Counted from the stretch's first letter, positions 23,210 through 44,261 are shown. The stretch is DNA of 64,000 bases from Candidatus Stammera capleta (GCA_036689515.1 CP144846.1:166081-230080), one strand, 5' to 3'. Notes: a model not told the origin generated them from the sequence alone. Made by a program: numbers and translations.

Positions 23210-24934
23210 ATGAGTTTAAATAAAATTAAAAAAAAAATTATAAAATTAAAAAAAAAAATTATAAAATATTCATATTTTTATTTTAATAAAAATAAAAATT
23301 TAATTAATAATGAAAAATATGATACACTATTAAAAAAATTACAAAATTTAGAAAAATTATATCCTAAATATAAAATAAATAGTCCCACTAATAAAATAAA
23401 TTATATTTTATGTAAAAAATTTAAAAAAAAAAAACATAAAATACCTATGTTATCTATTAAAAGTTTATATACATTTAAAGAATTAAATAAATTTATTAAC
23501 ATAAATATAAAAAAATATTCTAATATAAATTTTTGTTGTGAATTAAAAATAGATGGAATAGCTGTAAGTTTAATTTATAAAAAAAATATTTTAAAATATT
23601 CATTAACAAGAGGAAATGGTATATATGGAGAAAATATTATTAACAATGTTAAAGAAATAAAATATATACCTAAAATTTTAAAAAATAAAAATAAAATAAA
23701 TAAAATAGAAATTAGAGGAGAAATATTTATTACTAAAAAAAATTTTTTATATGTAAATAAAAATAAAAAATTTTCAAATTGTAGGAATTTAACATCTGCT
23801 ACTATTAGACAATTAAATCCTTACGTAACTAAAAAAAGAAAATTATCATTTATAGCATATGATATTATTATAAATAATAATAGAAATATATTTAACAATC
23901 AATTTAATTCTTTAAATTATATTAAAAAATTAGGTTTTAAAATCAATAAATATACAAAAATATGTAATTCATTAAAAGATATTAAAAAATATTTTAATAA
24001 TATAAAAAAAAAAAGAAATAATTTAAATTATGATATAGATGGAATAGTAATAAAAATAAATAATAAATTAATACAAGAAACATTAAATTATAATAATAAT
24101 TATATAAAATGAGCTGTATCATTAAAATTTTATTCATTAACTAAAATTTCAAAAGTAAAAAATATAAAATTTAATGTAGGACAAAGTGGTATAATAGTAC
24201 CTATTATTTATATTAAAAAAATATATTTATCATGTTCTAAAATTAAAAAAATAAATATATATAATTTAAAAATATATAAAAAAATGAATATTTGTATAAA
24301 TGATAAAGTACTAATTACAAAACAAGGTGACATAATTCCTAAAATAATAAAAGTAATAAAATCTAAAAACAATAAAAAATTTTTATTACCTAATAAATGT
24401 CCTTCTTGTAAAAAAAATTTAAATTTAAATACAAAAATAATAAAATGTAATAATAATTTAAATTGTAATTCTAAATTATTAAATAAAATAATAATATTTG
24501 TATCTAATAAAGGTTTTAATATTCTAGGTTTAGGTAAAAAAACTATTTATTTATTAATAAAATATAAAATTATAACAAACATTATAGATTTATTTTATTT
24601 AAATATTACAAAATTAATTACATTACCTTTAATAAAATATAAAAAAGCAAAAAATATTTTAACAAATATAAATAATTCTATTAAAAAAGTAAAATTATAC
24701 AATATTTTATATTCATTATGTATTCCTAAAATAGGTTTATCAACATCTATTTATATATCCAATAAACTTAAAAAATTAGACAATTTTATAAATATTAAAA
24801 AATACAATTTATATTACAAAATACATAAAATAGGTAAATTAAAAATTAAATCAATTAAAAATTATATTAATAATAAAACATTTTATAAAAATTTAAAATC
24901 TTTAAATAAAATAATTAAAAAAAAAATTAAATAA
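23210..24934 (+). CDS. ligA: NAD-dependent DNA ligase (no BRCT domain)
   Basis: CELKIDGIAVSLIY is the KxDG adenylation motif. There is a CPSC...C..NC zinc finger and HhH-like repeats. Track ORFs 23210..24112 and 24284..24934 are in one frame. At about 574 aa it ends after the HhH region. Confidence 0.88.
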
Positions 24935-24946
24935 TAATAATTTATT

Positions 24947-26335
24947 TTATATATTATAAAATCTTTTTAATCTATATAAAACCTCATTTTTTTTTAAAAT
25001 AAAAATCAAAAAATTAACTGATAATCCCATTTCTATTCCAATTAAATATATACGTAATATTTTATAAATCATAAATTTATTAAAACAAATTAAATCATTA
25101 AAAGATTGTTTAATAACATTATTAATATTTTGAAAACTTCAAAAACTAACTTTAAACAACTTATCTAAAAAATAATCTATTATTTTTTTTATATCAATAT
25201 ATTTATATTTATGAAATATATCTTTTGAGATATTAAATTTACGTTGTAATAAAATATAAAAATCAACTATTTCTTTTAAAACATAAATTCTATTAATTAT
25301 AACAAATATAATTTCATTAATATTTTTAATTTTATTTAAATCCAAATTATTTTTAATAAATAAAGGTTTTAAATAAAAAATTAACTTTTCATAAGAAATT
25401 TTATTAATATATTGTTTATTAATTCATATAAGTTTTTTTTTGTTAATAATACATGGTGAATTATTAATATACTTTAAATCAAATATTTTAATAATATCTT
25501 TACAATTAATTAATTCAATATTTTTATAAGATCAACCTAACCTTAATAAACCATTTATTAATGATTCAGGTAAAAAACCTTCTTTTATATAATTATTAAT
25601 ATCATAATTACAATTTCTTTTAGATAACTTTTTTTTATTTTTATTTAAAATAATAGGTAAATGTACATATTTAGGTTTTTTGAAATTTAAAGAATTAATA
25701 AGATTAATTTGTCTAGGAGTATTATTTATATGATCAGCACCTCTAATAACATGTGAAATCAACATAATACTATCATCTATAACAGAACAAAAATTATATG
25801 TTGGCATACCATTTTTTCTTAATATTATAAAATCATCTAATTCTTTATTTCAAAATTTAATGTTATTAAAAATAATATCATTAAATATAATTTTACCTTT
25901 TAAAGGATTTTTAAATCTTATAACATATGATTTATAATTATTATTATTTATTATATTTCTACAAAAACCATCATATTTAGGTTTTTTTTTTTTATTTAAA
26001 CATAATTTACGAATTTCATTTAATCTTTCATTTGAACAATAACATTTATAAGCTAAATTATTAACTAACAAATAATTAATTTTATCTTTATATAAATCAA
26101 TATTTTTTGATTGATAATAAGGCTCTTTATCTCAATATAATCCTAATCAATCTAATACAAAAAAAATATTATCAATAAATTTTTTTTTGCTTCTTTTTAA
26201 ATCTGTATCTTCTATTCTTAATAAAAATTCACCATTATTACTTCTTGCAAACAATCATGCATATAAAGCAGTACGTAAATTACCTAAATGCAAATAACCA
26301 GTAGGACTAGGAGCAAATCTTGTAACAATATTCAT
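24947..26335 (-). CDS. gltX: Glutamyl-tRNA synthetase
   Basis: [25 protein letters not shown] (HIGH motif), [28 protein letters not shown] and KLSKR are present. Five track fragments lie in one frame. The real start is ATG 26335; the track's longer start at 26449 overlaps lepA. Confidence 0.88.
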
Positions 26336-26421
26336 ATTTAACGAAGCAAATAAAATAATTAATATTATAAATATAATATCATATAATATATAAATTATAT
26401 TATTTTTATAATTCACTAAAT

Positions 26422-28215
26422 ATGGATAAATATATAAGAAATATTTCAATTATAGCACATATTGATCATGGTAAATCAACATTTTCAGATAGAATTATTG
26501 AAATATGTAATAAAAAAAAATTTAAAAAAAACGAACAAAGAATATTAGATAATATGGAATTAGAACAAGAAAAAGGAATAACAATAAAAGCTCAAACTGT
26601 ATGTTTAAATTATAAATTAAATAATATAAACTATAAAATAAATTTAATAGATACACCTGGACACATAGATTTTACATATGAAGTTACTAAATCTTTATAT
26701 GCATGTGAAGGAGCTTTATTATTAATAGATATCACAAAAGGAATACAAGCACAAACAGTAGCAAATTTAAATATAGCTAATAAATTAAATATTAAAATTA
26801 TACCAATAATAAATAAAATAGACATTCCTAATATAAATATTAAAAAATTAAAATTAAAAATTAAAAATAAATTACATATACATAAAAAAATATTACTTTG
26901 TTCAGCAAAAACAGGAATAGGAATAAAATCTGTAATGAATGAAATTATTAAAAAAATACCATATCCTAATGGAAATATTAACAATAAATTACAAGCTTTA
27001 ATTATAGATTCATATTTTAATAATTATTTAGGTACATATTTCTTAATTAAAATTAATAACGGAATAATAAATATAAATGACAAAATAAGAATAATTGATA
27101 AAAAAAAATACATATGTAAAATAAAATATATTATTATATATGTACCTGAAAAAAAATATATTAAAACATTAAAATGTGGAGAAGTTGGATGAATCATATG
27201 TAATATAAAAAATATAAATAGACATTTTATTGGAAAAACTATTACTAATTTTGATAACTTACAAACAAATTATATTATTAAAAAATTTAATAAAATCACT
27301 CCTCAAATATTCGCTGGAATATATCCTGAAAAAAATAATAACTTTGAAAATCTAAAAAAATCTTTACATAAACTTAGTATAAATGATTCTTCTTTAACAT
27401 TTAAACCAGAAAATTCTATTTTATTAGGATTAGGATTTAAATGTGGATTTTTAGGAAAATTACATATTGATATTATAAAAGAAAGATTAAAAAGAGAATA
27501 TAATATAAATATTATTATTTTAAATCCAAGTGTTACATTTAAAATAATTGATAACTATAAAAAAAAATTATATGTTAATAATTATTCTAAATTACCTAAA
27601 TTAAATAATATAAAAAAAATACAAGAACCTATATCATTATGTAAAATTAATTCACCTAAAAAATATTTAGGTAAAATTATAAATTTATGTGTTTCAAAAA
27701 GAGGAAAATTTATATCTTTAAAATATATAAATAATAATATTTATATCAAATATAATATACCTCTTTGTGAAATCATAACAGATTTTAATGATAAATTAAA
27801 ATCAATTACAAAAGGATATGCTTCATTAAATTATAAATTTATAAAATATCAAACATCTAACATAGTAACATTACAAGCTATAATTAATAATATAATTATT
27901 AAAGGATTATCTAAATTAATTCATAAAAGTCAAATTAAAATAGAAAGTCTAAATATGCTTGATATTATTAAAAATAATATTAAAAAACATCAATTTGATA
28001 TAATTATACAAATTTCATGTAATAATAAAATCATAGCTAAAACCCATATAAAAGCATTAAGGAAAAATGTTACATCTAAATGTTACGGAGGAGATATTAC
28101 AAGAAAGAAAAAATTAATAAAAAAACAAAAAATAGGAAAAAAAAGAATGAAAAAAATAGGTAATGTATCATTATCTAATAAATTATTTAATAATATATTA
28201 AATAAAAAAAAATAA
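26422..28215 (+). CDS. lepA: Elongation factor 4 (LepA)
   Basis: [24 protein letters not shown] and NKID are the GTPase motifs. The C-terminal [11 protein letters not shown] is typical of LepA. The lepA-lepB-rnc-era order is conserved. Confidence 0.9.
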
Positions 28216-28233
28216 CAATTTTTATATATAATC

Positions 28234-29145
28234 ATGTATATTAAATATCATTTAATTTTATTAACATCATTATTAACATTATTAATATTTATATTAATAA
28301 CATCATTTTATAAAAAAAATAATTTTATAAAAAAAAATAATTTAATAAAAAATTTTAGTAATATATTTTTTATTTTATTAATTGTATTTATTTTAAGAAC
28401 ATTTATTTATGAACCATATTTTATTCCATCCTCATCTATGATGCCTACATTGTTAATAGGAGATTTTATATTAGTTAATAAATTATATTATAATATTAAA
28501 AATCCATTAAATAATAAAATTTTATTTAAAATAAATAATCCTAAATATGGAGATATAATAGTTTTTAAATATCCTCGTAATAATAATATTATTTATATTA
28601 AAAGAATAATTGGTATTCCAGGAGATAAAATAATATACAATACAATATTAAAAAAAATTAAAATTTATAAAAATAATTCAATTAATAATAAAAAATACTA
28701 TATTTTAAAAAAAATTAAATATTCCAAAAAAAAAATTAGTTCTTATATTGAACAAATAATAATAAATAAAAAAAAAAAATTAATTGAATATTTTTGAAAT
28801 AAAAATATTAATTTTAATAATTTTAATAAAAATTCTAAACTAATAATTCTATTTGAAAGAAATGAAATATTTAATAATATTAAACATAAAATATTAATAA
28901 TTCCAAATTTTTATTTAAAACCAAAATATATATATAAAAATAAAATTAAAACTTGAATTATACCTAAAAATATGTATTTCGTAATGGGAGATTATAGAGA
29001 TAACAGTAAAGATAGTAGATATTGAGGTTTATTACATAAAAATTTAATTATAGGTAAAGCTCAATATATATGAATGAGTATAGAAAAACAAGAAAATAAT
29101 TGACCTACAAATATTAGATTAAATAGAATAGGGAAAATTAATTAA
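28234..29145 (+). CDS. lepB: Signal peptidase I
   Basis: IPSSSMMPTLLIGDFILVNK (catalytic Ser box), GDIIVFKYP, YIKRIIGIPGD, and after TGA codons FVMGDYRDNSKDSRY-W are present. Confidence 0.85.
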
Positions 29146-29162
29146 ATGTTTAATAATAAATA

Positions 29163-29819
29163 ATGAAAAAATTAGAAAATAAACTTAAATATAATTTTAT
29201 CAATAAAAATATTTTATTAACCTGTTTAACACATAGAAGTTTTAGTAAAAATAATAATGAAAAATTAGAATTTTTAGGTGATTCAATATTAAATTTTATT
29301 ATTACTAAAACAATATATACAAAATATTCTTATGAAAAAGAAGGATATATGACTAGAATAAGATCTAATTTAGTAAATAAAAAAAATTTATTTCAAATTG
29401 CTAAAAAATTAAATTTAAATAAATATATTTTATTAGGACAATGTGAATTAAAAATGAATGGACAATTAAAAAAATCTATATTAGCTAATACATTAGAAGC
29501 AATTTTAGGTGGCATATTTTTGGATAGTAAAAATATACATATATTACAAAATATAATTAATAATCTATTTTTTAAAAATAAAATATTTATTACTAAAAAT
29601 ATTAAAGATCCTAAAACTATATTACAAGAATATTTACAAAAATATAAAATATCATTACCTAAATATTATATTTTTAATAAAAGAGGTAAAGATCATGAAC
29701 AAATTTTTACAGTACACTGTAAAATTAATAATAAAATTACTCAAGGAATAGGAAAAAATAAAAAAAAAGCAGAACAAATAGCTGCAAAAAAAGCTTTATT
29801 AAATTTAGGATTAATTTAA
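29163..29819 (+). CDS. rnc: Ribonuclease III
   Basis: NEKLEFLGDSILNF is the RNase III signature. LANTLEAILGGIFLD is present, and the C-terminal part is a dsRBD (PKTILQEYLQK...FTVHC). Confidence 0.9.
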   Translation: MKKLENKLKYNFINKNILLTCLTHRSFSKNNNEKLEFLGDSILNFIITKTIYTKYSYEKEGYMTRIRSNLVNKKNLFQIAKKLNLNKYILLGQCELKMNGQLKKSILANTLEAILGGIFLDSKNIHILQNIINNLFFKNKIFITKNIKDPKTILQEYLQKYKISLPKYYIFNKRGKDHEQIFTVHCKINNKITQGIGKNKKKAEQIAAKKALLNLGLI

Positions 29820-29823
29820 CATT

Positions 29824-30684
29824 ATGAATACAAAAACTAAATTAAAATGTACAATTATTCCTATAATAGGAAGATATAATGTAGGTAAATCAACATTATT
29901 TAATAAATTAATCAAAAAAAAATTATCAATAACTAGCAAAAAAAAAAATACTACATTACATAATATTATAGGTGTAAAATATAAAAATAATAAACAATTT
30001 ATTTATATTGATACTCCAGGATTAAAATATTCAGATAATAATTTTATTTATATAAAAAATATTTTAAATTATATAAAAAAAAAATTTAATATTAATAAAA
30101 ATAATTTATTTATATTAATTACAGAAAATACAATAAATATTAAAGAAATAAATTTAATTAAAACTATTAACAAATTTAAAATACCTATATTATTATTAAT
30201 AAATAAAATTGATAAATTAACTAACAAATCATTGATTTTAAAAACAATACAAAATATAAAAAATTTAAATTTTGTAAATATTATTCCTACAAACTTAAAA
30301 AAAAAAAAATATATTAATTTAATAAATAAAATAACAAAAAAATTTTTATTTCATTCAAATCATTTTCATTTCATAAATAAAATAACAAATAAAAAAAATA
30401 AATATATTATATCTGAAATTATAAGAGAAAAAACTATAAGATTAACAGGTGATGAAATACCATATAATTTACAATTTAAAATAGAAAAAATAATTAATGA
30501 AAATAATTTTTTATATATATGATCAATAATATTTACTAATAAAAAAAGATATATAAAAATGTTAATAGGTAAAAATGGTAAAAAAATTAAAAAAATAATT
30601 TATTTATCAATTAAAAGTATAAAAAAATATTTAAATATTATTAAAAAAATCAAACTTTATATAAATTTTAAAATCAAATTTTAA
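29824..30684 (+). CDS. era: GTPase Era
   Basis: IIGRYNVGKSTLFNKL (G1), DTPG (G3) and NKID (G4) are present. A KH-like tail follows the TGA at 30520. It follows rnc as in E. coli. Confidence 0.85.
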
Positions 30685-31232
30685 TTATTATTAAATTATA
30701 TTTGTATATAATAATATTTATATTTTTAACAATTAATATTATTTAAATTTTTATTTTTAAAAATAAATTTTTTATTTAAAATCATATTAAAATTATTTAT
30801 ATTAATAATTTTTTTATCTTATATATTATTTATACTTTAAAAAATTTTTTTTTTAAAATAATTAAATAATAATAAAATATTATAAATTAATTTATATTTT
30901 TAATATAAAATTTACTAAAAAAATATTAATTATATAAATTTATATAACATGTAAAAATATTAAATTTTATTTATTATAAAAATAATATATTTAAATATTA
31001 AAAAATAAAATAAATATTTTTATTATTAAATATTTTATTAAATAATTTTAATAAAAAAAAAATATAATATCTTTAATTTAATAAATTAAATAATAAAATA
31101 TACATAATAATATAATTTATTTTAAAGTAATATAAAAATATTAATATAAAAAATATTTTAAAAACATTAATTTAAAAATATAAATTAAAATAATATAATA
31201 ATTATAAAATAATATTATTTTATTATAAACAA
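30685..31232. other. Long, almost pure A+T non-coding spacer
   Basis: The track has no ORF of 60 aa or more in any frame here. I count roughly a dozen G/C bases in 548 bp. It is far longer than any other spacer in the window. Confidence 0.6.
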
Positions 31233-31883
31233 ATGATTACATGAAAAAAAATTATTAACAATGAAAAAAAAAAAAAATATTTTAAAAAAATGATAAAAAT
31301 TTTAAAATATGAATATAAAAATAAAAATATTTTTCCTAAAAAAGAAAATATATTCGAAGCTTTTAAATGAACTAAATTTAAAAATATAAAAGTTATAATT
31401 TTAGCTCAAGATCCATATTTTAAAATTAATCAATCTCATGGAATAGCATTTTCTGTTTTACCTAATATTAAAATTCCTAAATCTGTTATAAATATTTATA
31501 AAGAAATAAAAAATGAATATTTAAATTTTACCCCCCCTAATCACGGATGTTTATTAAAATGATGTAAACAAGGAGTATTACTACTAAATAGTATTTTAAC
31601 TGTAGAAGAATATAAACCATTATCACATAAAAATATAGGATGAATAACTTTTACTAATAATATAATTAAATATATAAATAAATATTTAAACAAAATAATA
31701 TTTTTATTATGAGGTAAATTAGCTCAAAAAAAAATTAAAATAATTGACTCTAAAAAACATATTATATTATGTACATCACATCCATCATCTTTATCAGCTA
31801 ATAAAGGATTTTTAGGTTGTAATCATTTTAAATTAACAAATAAAATTTTAAAAAAAAATAATAAATCTATTATTAAATGATAA
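31233..31883 (+). CDS. ung: Uracil-DNA glycosylase
   Basis: [49 protein letters not shown] and [15 protein letters not shown] align with E. coli Ung. It is not in the track because several TGA codons fragment it. Confidence 0.85.
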
Positions 31884-31884
31884 A

Positions 31885-32874
31885 TTAAATTAAATTTAAT
31901 AAATTAAATAATTTTGTAATTTTATTTTTAGCTATTTTTTTTGCTTTTTTTTTACCTTTATATAAAATTTTTTTAAGATAAATTTCATTATTTCGATAAA
32001 ATAAATATTTTTTTTGTAATTTAGAAACAAATTTAGATAATTCATATGAAACAATTTCCTTAAAAGATGAATAAGAAAAATTAATAAATTTATTTTCTAA
32101 TTCATTAATAGAAATATTTTTAATTCCAGATAATATATTTAATAAATTAGATATTCCAGGTTTATTAATTACATCAAATTTTATTCTAGATGGATTATCA
32201 GAATCAGTTTTACTATTATTAATCTTGTATTTAATTAAATCTGGTGTATCTAATAAAAAAATAATATTATTTTTATTTAAATCAGATTTAGACATTTTTT
32301 TATTAACATTTATCAATGACATAATTTTAGAATATCTAATATTTAAAATATATTTAGGTATAACAAAAATTTTCTTTTTATAAATTTTATTAAATCTTTT
32401 AGATATTTTCCTAACTAATTCTATATGTTGAATTTGATCAAATCCAATACATACATTATTTATATTATAAAGTAAAATATCAGCAGCCATCAATAATGGA
32501 TAACTAAATAATGATAAATTATTATTATGATTTTTTGATTTATCTTTAAATTGTGTCATTCTATTTAATTCACCTATATATGAATAACAACTTAATATTC
32601 AATATAATTGAATATGTTCTACTATATCTGATTGTAAAAAAATAATACATTTTAATGGATCTATTCCAGTTGCTAAAAATAAAGATAATAAATCCAAACA
32701 ATTTGAATATATTAAATTATTTTTATTAGGTATAGTTAAAGAATGTAAATTAGCTATACAATAAAAACAATTATTATTATTTTGTAATTCTTTTCATAAT
32801 TTTAATACACCCAAATAATGACCTATAGTTAATTGACCTGTAGGTTGTATAGCACTAAAAATATTTTTATACAT
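31885..32874 (-). CDS. trpS: Tryptophanyl-tRNA synthetase
   Basis: N-terminus [34 protein letters not shown] and KMSKS are present. Track ORF 31885..32559 was extended 5' through TGA codons to ATG 32874. Confidence 0.9.
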
Positions 32875-32905
32875 AAAATTAACAAATTAAATTTAATATT
32901 TTTAA

Positions 32906-37099
<4,194 letters not shown>

Positions 37100-37153
37100 T
37101 TAATTATTCCTAATATAATTTAATTAATAAAAATATATAATTATTAAATATAT

Positions 37154-41170
<4,017 letters not shown>

Positions 41171-41201
41171 ATTATTTTAATTATTTTTTATTAAAAATTA
41201 T

Positions 41202-41570
41202 TTATTTTATTTCTACTGAAGCACCAACTTCTTCTAAAGATTTTTTTAATTCATCTAAATCTTTTTTATTAATTTTTTCTTTAATTAATACTGGACAAGA
41301 TTCAACTAAATCTTTTGCATCTTTTAATCCTAAATTTAAAAAATTACGAATAATTTTTATAACTGATATTTTATTATTACCAATACTATTTAAATATAAA
41401 TCAAACTCAGTTTTATTTTGTATATCATTTGTAACTTGTACACTACTTTCATTATTATAATCACTAGCACAAATACCAAATTTTTTTTCTATTGACTCTA
41501 TTAATTCAATAATTTCAATTAATGACATAGATGATATTAATTCTAATAAATTTTCTTTATTAACTTTCAT
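41202..41570 (-). CDS. rplL: 50S ribosomal protein L7/L12
   Basis: This is an intact track ORF. The C-terminal domain KISVIKIIRNFLNLGLKDAKDLVE...EVGASVEIK matches L7/L12. Confidence 0.92.
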   Translation of the reverse strand: MKVNKENLLELISSMSLIEIIELIESIEKKFGICASDYNNESSVQVTNDIQNKTEFDLYLNSIGNNKISVIKIIRNFLNLGLKDAKDLVESCPVLIKEKINKKDLDELKKSLEEVGASVEIK

Positions 41571-41599
41571 TATAATTACCCTTACAAAAAATTTATAAA

Positions 41600-42085
41600 T
41601 TATTTATTTTTTTTAACAATCTTTAATATATTTAATAATCTTAAAATACTTATTTTCCTTAAATAATATATAAAATATAAAACAGCTTTTTTTTTATTAT
41701 TAAAATAAGATAATTTTTTATTTAATTCCAAAGAAATTAACTTTTTATTAATAAATACATGTTTTAAAATAAAAGTTTCATTATTAATAAAAGGTAATAA
41801 AATTTTAGAAAGTATACTTATACTGTTCAATGAATAACATATAATAGTAGGACCTGATAAAAATTTAATTAAAATTTTTAATTTAGTATCTTTTACTGAT
41901 AATTTTAATAAATTATTTTTTATTACTTTAATAAAAGAATTATTTTTATTAATTATTTTTCTTAAATTATTTAAATTATTAGAAGATAAATTATTAAAAT
42001 TAAAAACTAATATAGATAAAGATTTATTTAATTGTTTTTTAAGATTTAAAACTAACTTTTTTTTATTTTTAAAATTTAATAACAT
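41600..42085 (-). CDS. rplJ: 50S ribosomal protein L10
   Basis: The call rests on its position between rplA and rplL, its size (161 aa) and weak L10-like similarity. The sequence is very divergent. Confidence 0.8.
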   Translation of the reverse strand: MLLNFKNKKKLVLNLKKQLNKSLSILVFNFNNLSSNNLNNLRKIINKNNSFIKVIKNNLLKLSVKDTKLKILIKFLSGPTIICYSLNSISILSKILLPFINNETFILKHVFINKKLISLELNKKLSYFNNKKKAVLYFIYYLRKISILRLLNILKIVKKNK

Positions 42086-42108
42086 TAAAAAATACCTATT
42101 ATTTTAAT

Positions 42109-42771
42109 TTATAAATTAACTATATAACTATTACTCATAGTACTTGATATATAAATTTTATTAATAAAATTTATATTTTTAACAAATTTAGGTTTATTTG
42201 ATTTTATTGATTCTATCAAAGTTAATAAATTTATTGATAATTTTCTACTACTAAAATTTATTCTTCCTATAGAAGCATTAATTATACCAAATTTATCATT
42301 TTTATAAATAATTTGTCCTTTCAAAAAATTTTTTATTGTTTTTTTTAAATTAGATGTTACTGTACCAAATTTTATATTAGGCATTAATTTTTTAGGACCT
42401 AAAATATGAGATATTTTATTAACTAATTTAATAGAATCTAATGTAGCTATAACTAAATTAAAATTACATTTTTTATTTTTCAAAATATTATTAACTAAAT
42501 CTTCCATTCCTACTAAATAAGCACCTCATGAATAAATTAATTCTTTACTATTAATATTATCAAAAACAGCTATTTTATATACTTTACCTGATCCATAAGG
42601 TAATAAAACATATCCATATATATATTGATTTATATCTTTTGTATTTATATTTAAATTTATAGATACATCTACAGATTCTATAAAATTTCTTTTATATTCG
42701 TTTTTCAATAAATCAAATACTGATTTAATTTTACTTAAAATAAAATCATTAACTTGAATATTATTTTTCAT
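42109..42771 (-). CDS. rplA: 50S ribosomal protein L1
   Basis: Track ORFs 42526..42771 and 42109..42507 are in one frame. FIESVDVSINLNI, LPYGSGK, LGPKKLMPN.KFGTVT and KNDKFGIINASIGR are present. Confidence 0.88.
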
Positions 42772-42792
42772 TTTTAATATAATTTTTAAATA

Positions 42793-43227
42793 TTAAACAT
42801 TGTTATTAATAGATATTCCCATTGAACGTGCTGAACCTATAATAGATTTAACTACTGAATCAATTTTATTAGTATTAGTATCAATTAATTTAATTTTAGC
42901 TATATCAAAAATTAATTTTTTATCAATTTCAAATAAAATATTTGATCCAGGATTAGAAGAACCTTTTTTTAAAGATGAAAATTTTTTTAATAAATATGTT
43001 ACTGTAGGACTTTTAATTATAAAATCAAATGTACGATCAGAATAAACTGTTATAATAACAGGTAAAGGAATTCCTTTTTCTACATTAGAAGTTTTTTCAT
43101 TAAAAGATTTACAAAAATTCATTATATTTAATCCTCTTTGTCCTAAAATAGGACCTATAGGAGGACTTGGATTTGCCATTCCTGATAAAACGTGTATTTT
43201 TATATAATATTTAATTTTTTTTGACAT
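42793..43227 (-). CDS. rplK: 50S ribosomal protein L11
   Basis: ANPSPPIGPILGQRGLNIMNFCKSFNEKT is the L11 signature. This is an intact track ORF. Confidence 0.92.
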   Translation of the reverse strand: MSKKIKYYIKIHVLSGMANPSPPIGPILGQRGLNIMNFCKSFNEKTSNVEKGIPLPVIITVYSDRTFDFIIKSPTVTYLLKKFSSLKKGSSNPGSNILFEIDKKLIFDIAKIKLIDTNTNKIDSVVKSIIGSARSMGISINNNV

Positions 43228-43243
43228 ATTTTATATTTTTAAT

Positions 43244-43798
43244 TTAATAATTCTTTTCTACTTGTGAAAAATCTAATTCAACTGGAGTAGATCTACCAAA
43301 TATTAAAACAGATACTTTTAATCTATTTTTATCATAATCTACTTCTTCTACTGTACCACTAAATTCCGAAAAAGGACCTGAATTTACTCTTATTAATTCC
43401 CCTAATTCAAATAATATCTTCGGAATAGGTTTTCCATTTATTTTATTTAACCTATTTTTAATAATATTAATCTCATTTATATTAATAGGTAAAGGATTAT
43501 CAGAATTTCCTCCTATAAATCCAATTAAACGAGGTATACTTCTAATTAAATATCAATTTTTTTCATTCATAACCATATTAATTAAAAAATATCCTGGATA
43601 AAATTTACGATTACTTTTTTTTTTTATACCATTTTTTATTTCTATAACTTCTTCTGTAGGAATTAATATATCCCCAAAATCACTTTCTAAATGATTCAAA
43701 ATAATATATTTTTTAAGCTTATTTACAACTTTATTTTCAAAACCAGAAAAAACTTGTATTACATATCAATTCTTTTTATTCATTACATTATTTAACAT
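43244..43798 (-). CDS. nusG: Transcription termination/antitermination factor NusG
   Basis: [45 protein letters not shown], and [50 protein letters not shown] are near-identical to the E. coli C-terminus. Confidence 0.88.
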
Positions 43799-43801
43799 AA
43801 T

Positions 43802-44167
43802 TTATAACCTTAAATTTATAATTAAAGTAATCATATATGAAATAATAACATCAAAAAATCATATTATAATTGAAGTAAAAAAACTTATACTAAAAATTGT
43901 AAAAACTATTTTAAAAATTTCAGACAAATTTGGTCAATAAATTTTAACAACTTCAATTTTAGATTTTTTAAAATAAAAAATTATATTTTTAAGTCAAGAT
44001 AAAGATACAACAATAAAAAATAAAAAAAAATATAATAAAAAAATATATATTAATTTAAATATTAAAGAAAAATTTTGAATATAAAAATTTTTTAATATTA
44101 TTAAAAATGATAATATTGTAATAAAAAATAATTTATATAAATTTTGTATTAAAGTTATAATATACAT
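43802..44167 (-). CDS. secE: Preprotein translocase subunit SecE
   Basis: The C-terminal segment KSKIEVVKIY-W-PNLSEIFKIVFTIFSISFFTSIII-W-FFDVII matches SecE (E. coli VRKVVWPTRQETLHTT..LILWGLDGIL). It lies directly upstream of nusG. Confidence 0.75.
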
Positions 44168-44261
44168 TATATAAAATTTAACTATAATAATTTTTTGAAA
44201 TTTAAAATGCTAAATATTAATTATATAATAAAATATATTATAAATCAATATTTTATTAAAA

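Noticed and set aside
26336-26449. The 38-codon N-terminal extension of gltX in the track ([17 protein letters not shown]...).
   Set aside because: The conserved GluRS N-terminus begins at [13 protein letters not shown] (ATG 26335). The extension would overlap the divergent lepA start at 26422.
30685-31232. A chromosomal replication origin (oriC) in the long AT spacer.
   Set aside because: No DnaA-box-like 9-mers can be present, because the consensus TTATCCACA needs C residues that this region hardly contains. None of the usual flanking genes (mnmG, mioC, dnaA, dnaN) is nearby. I keep it only as an untested possibility under the spacer finding.
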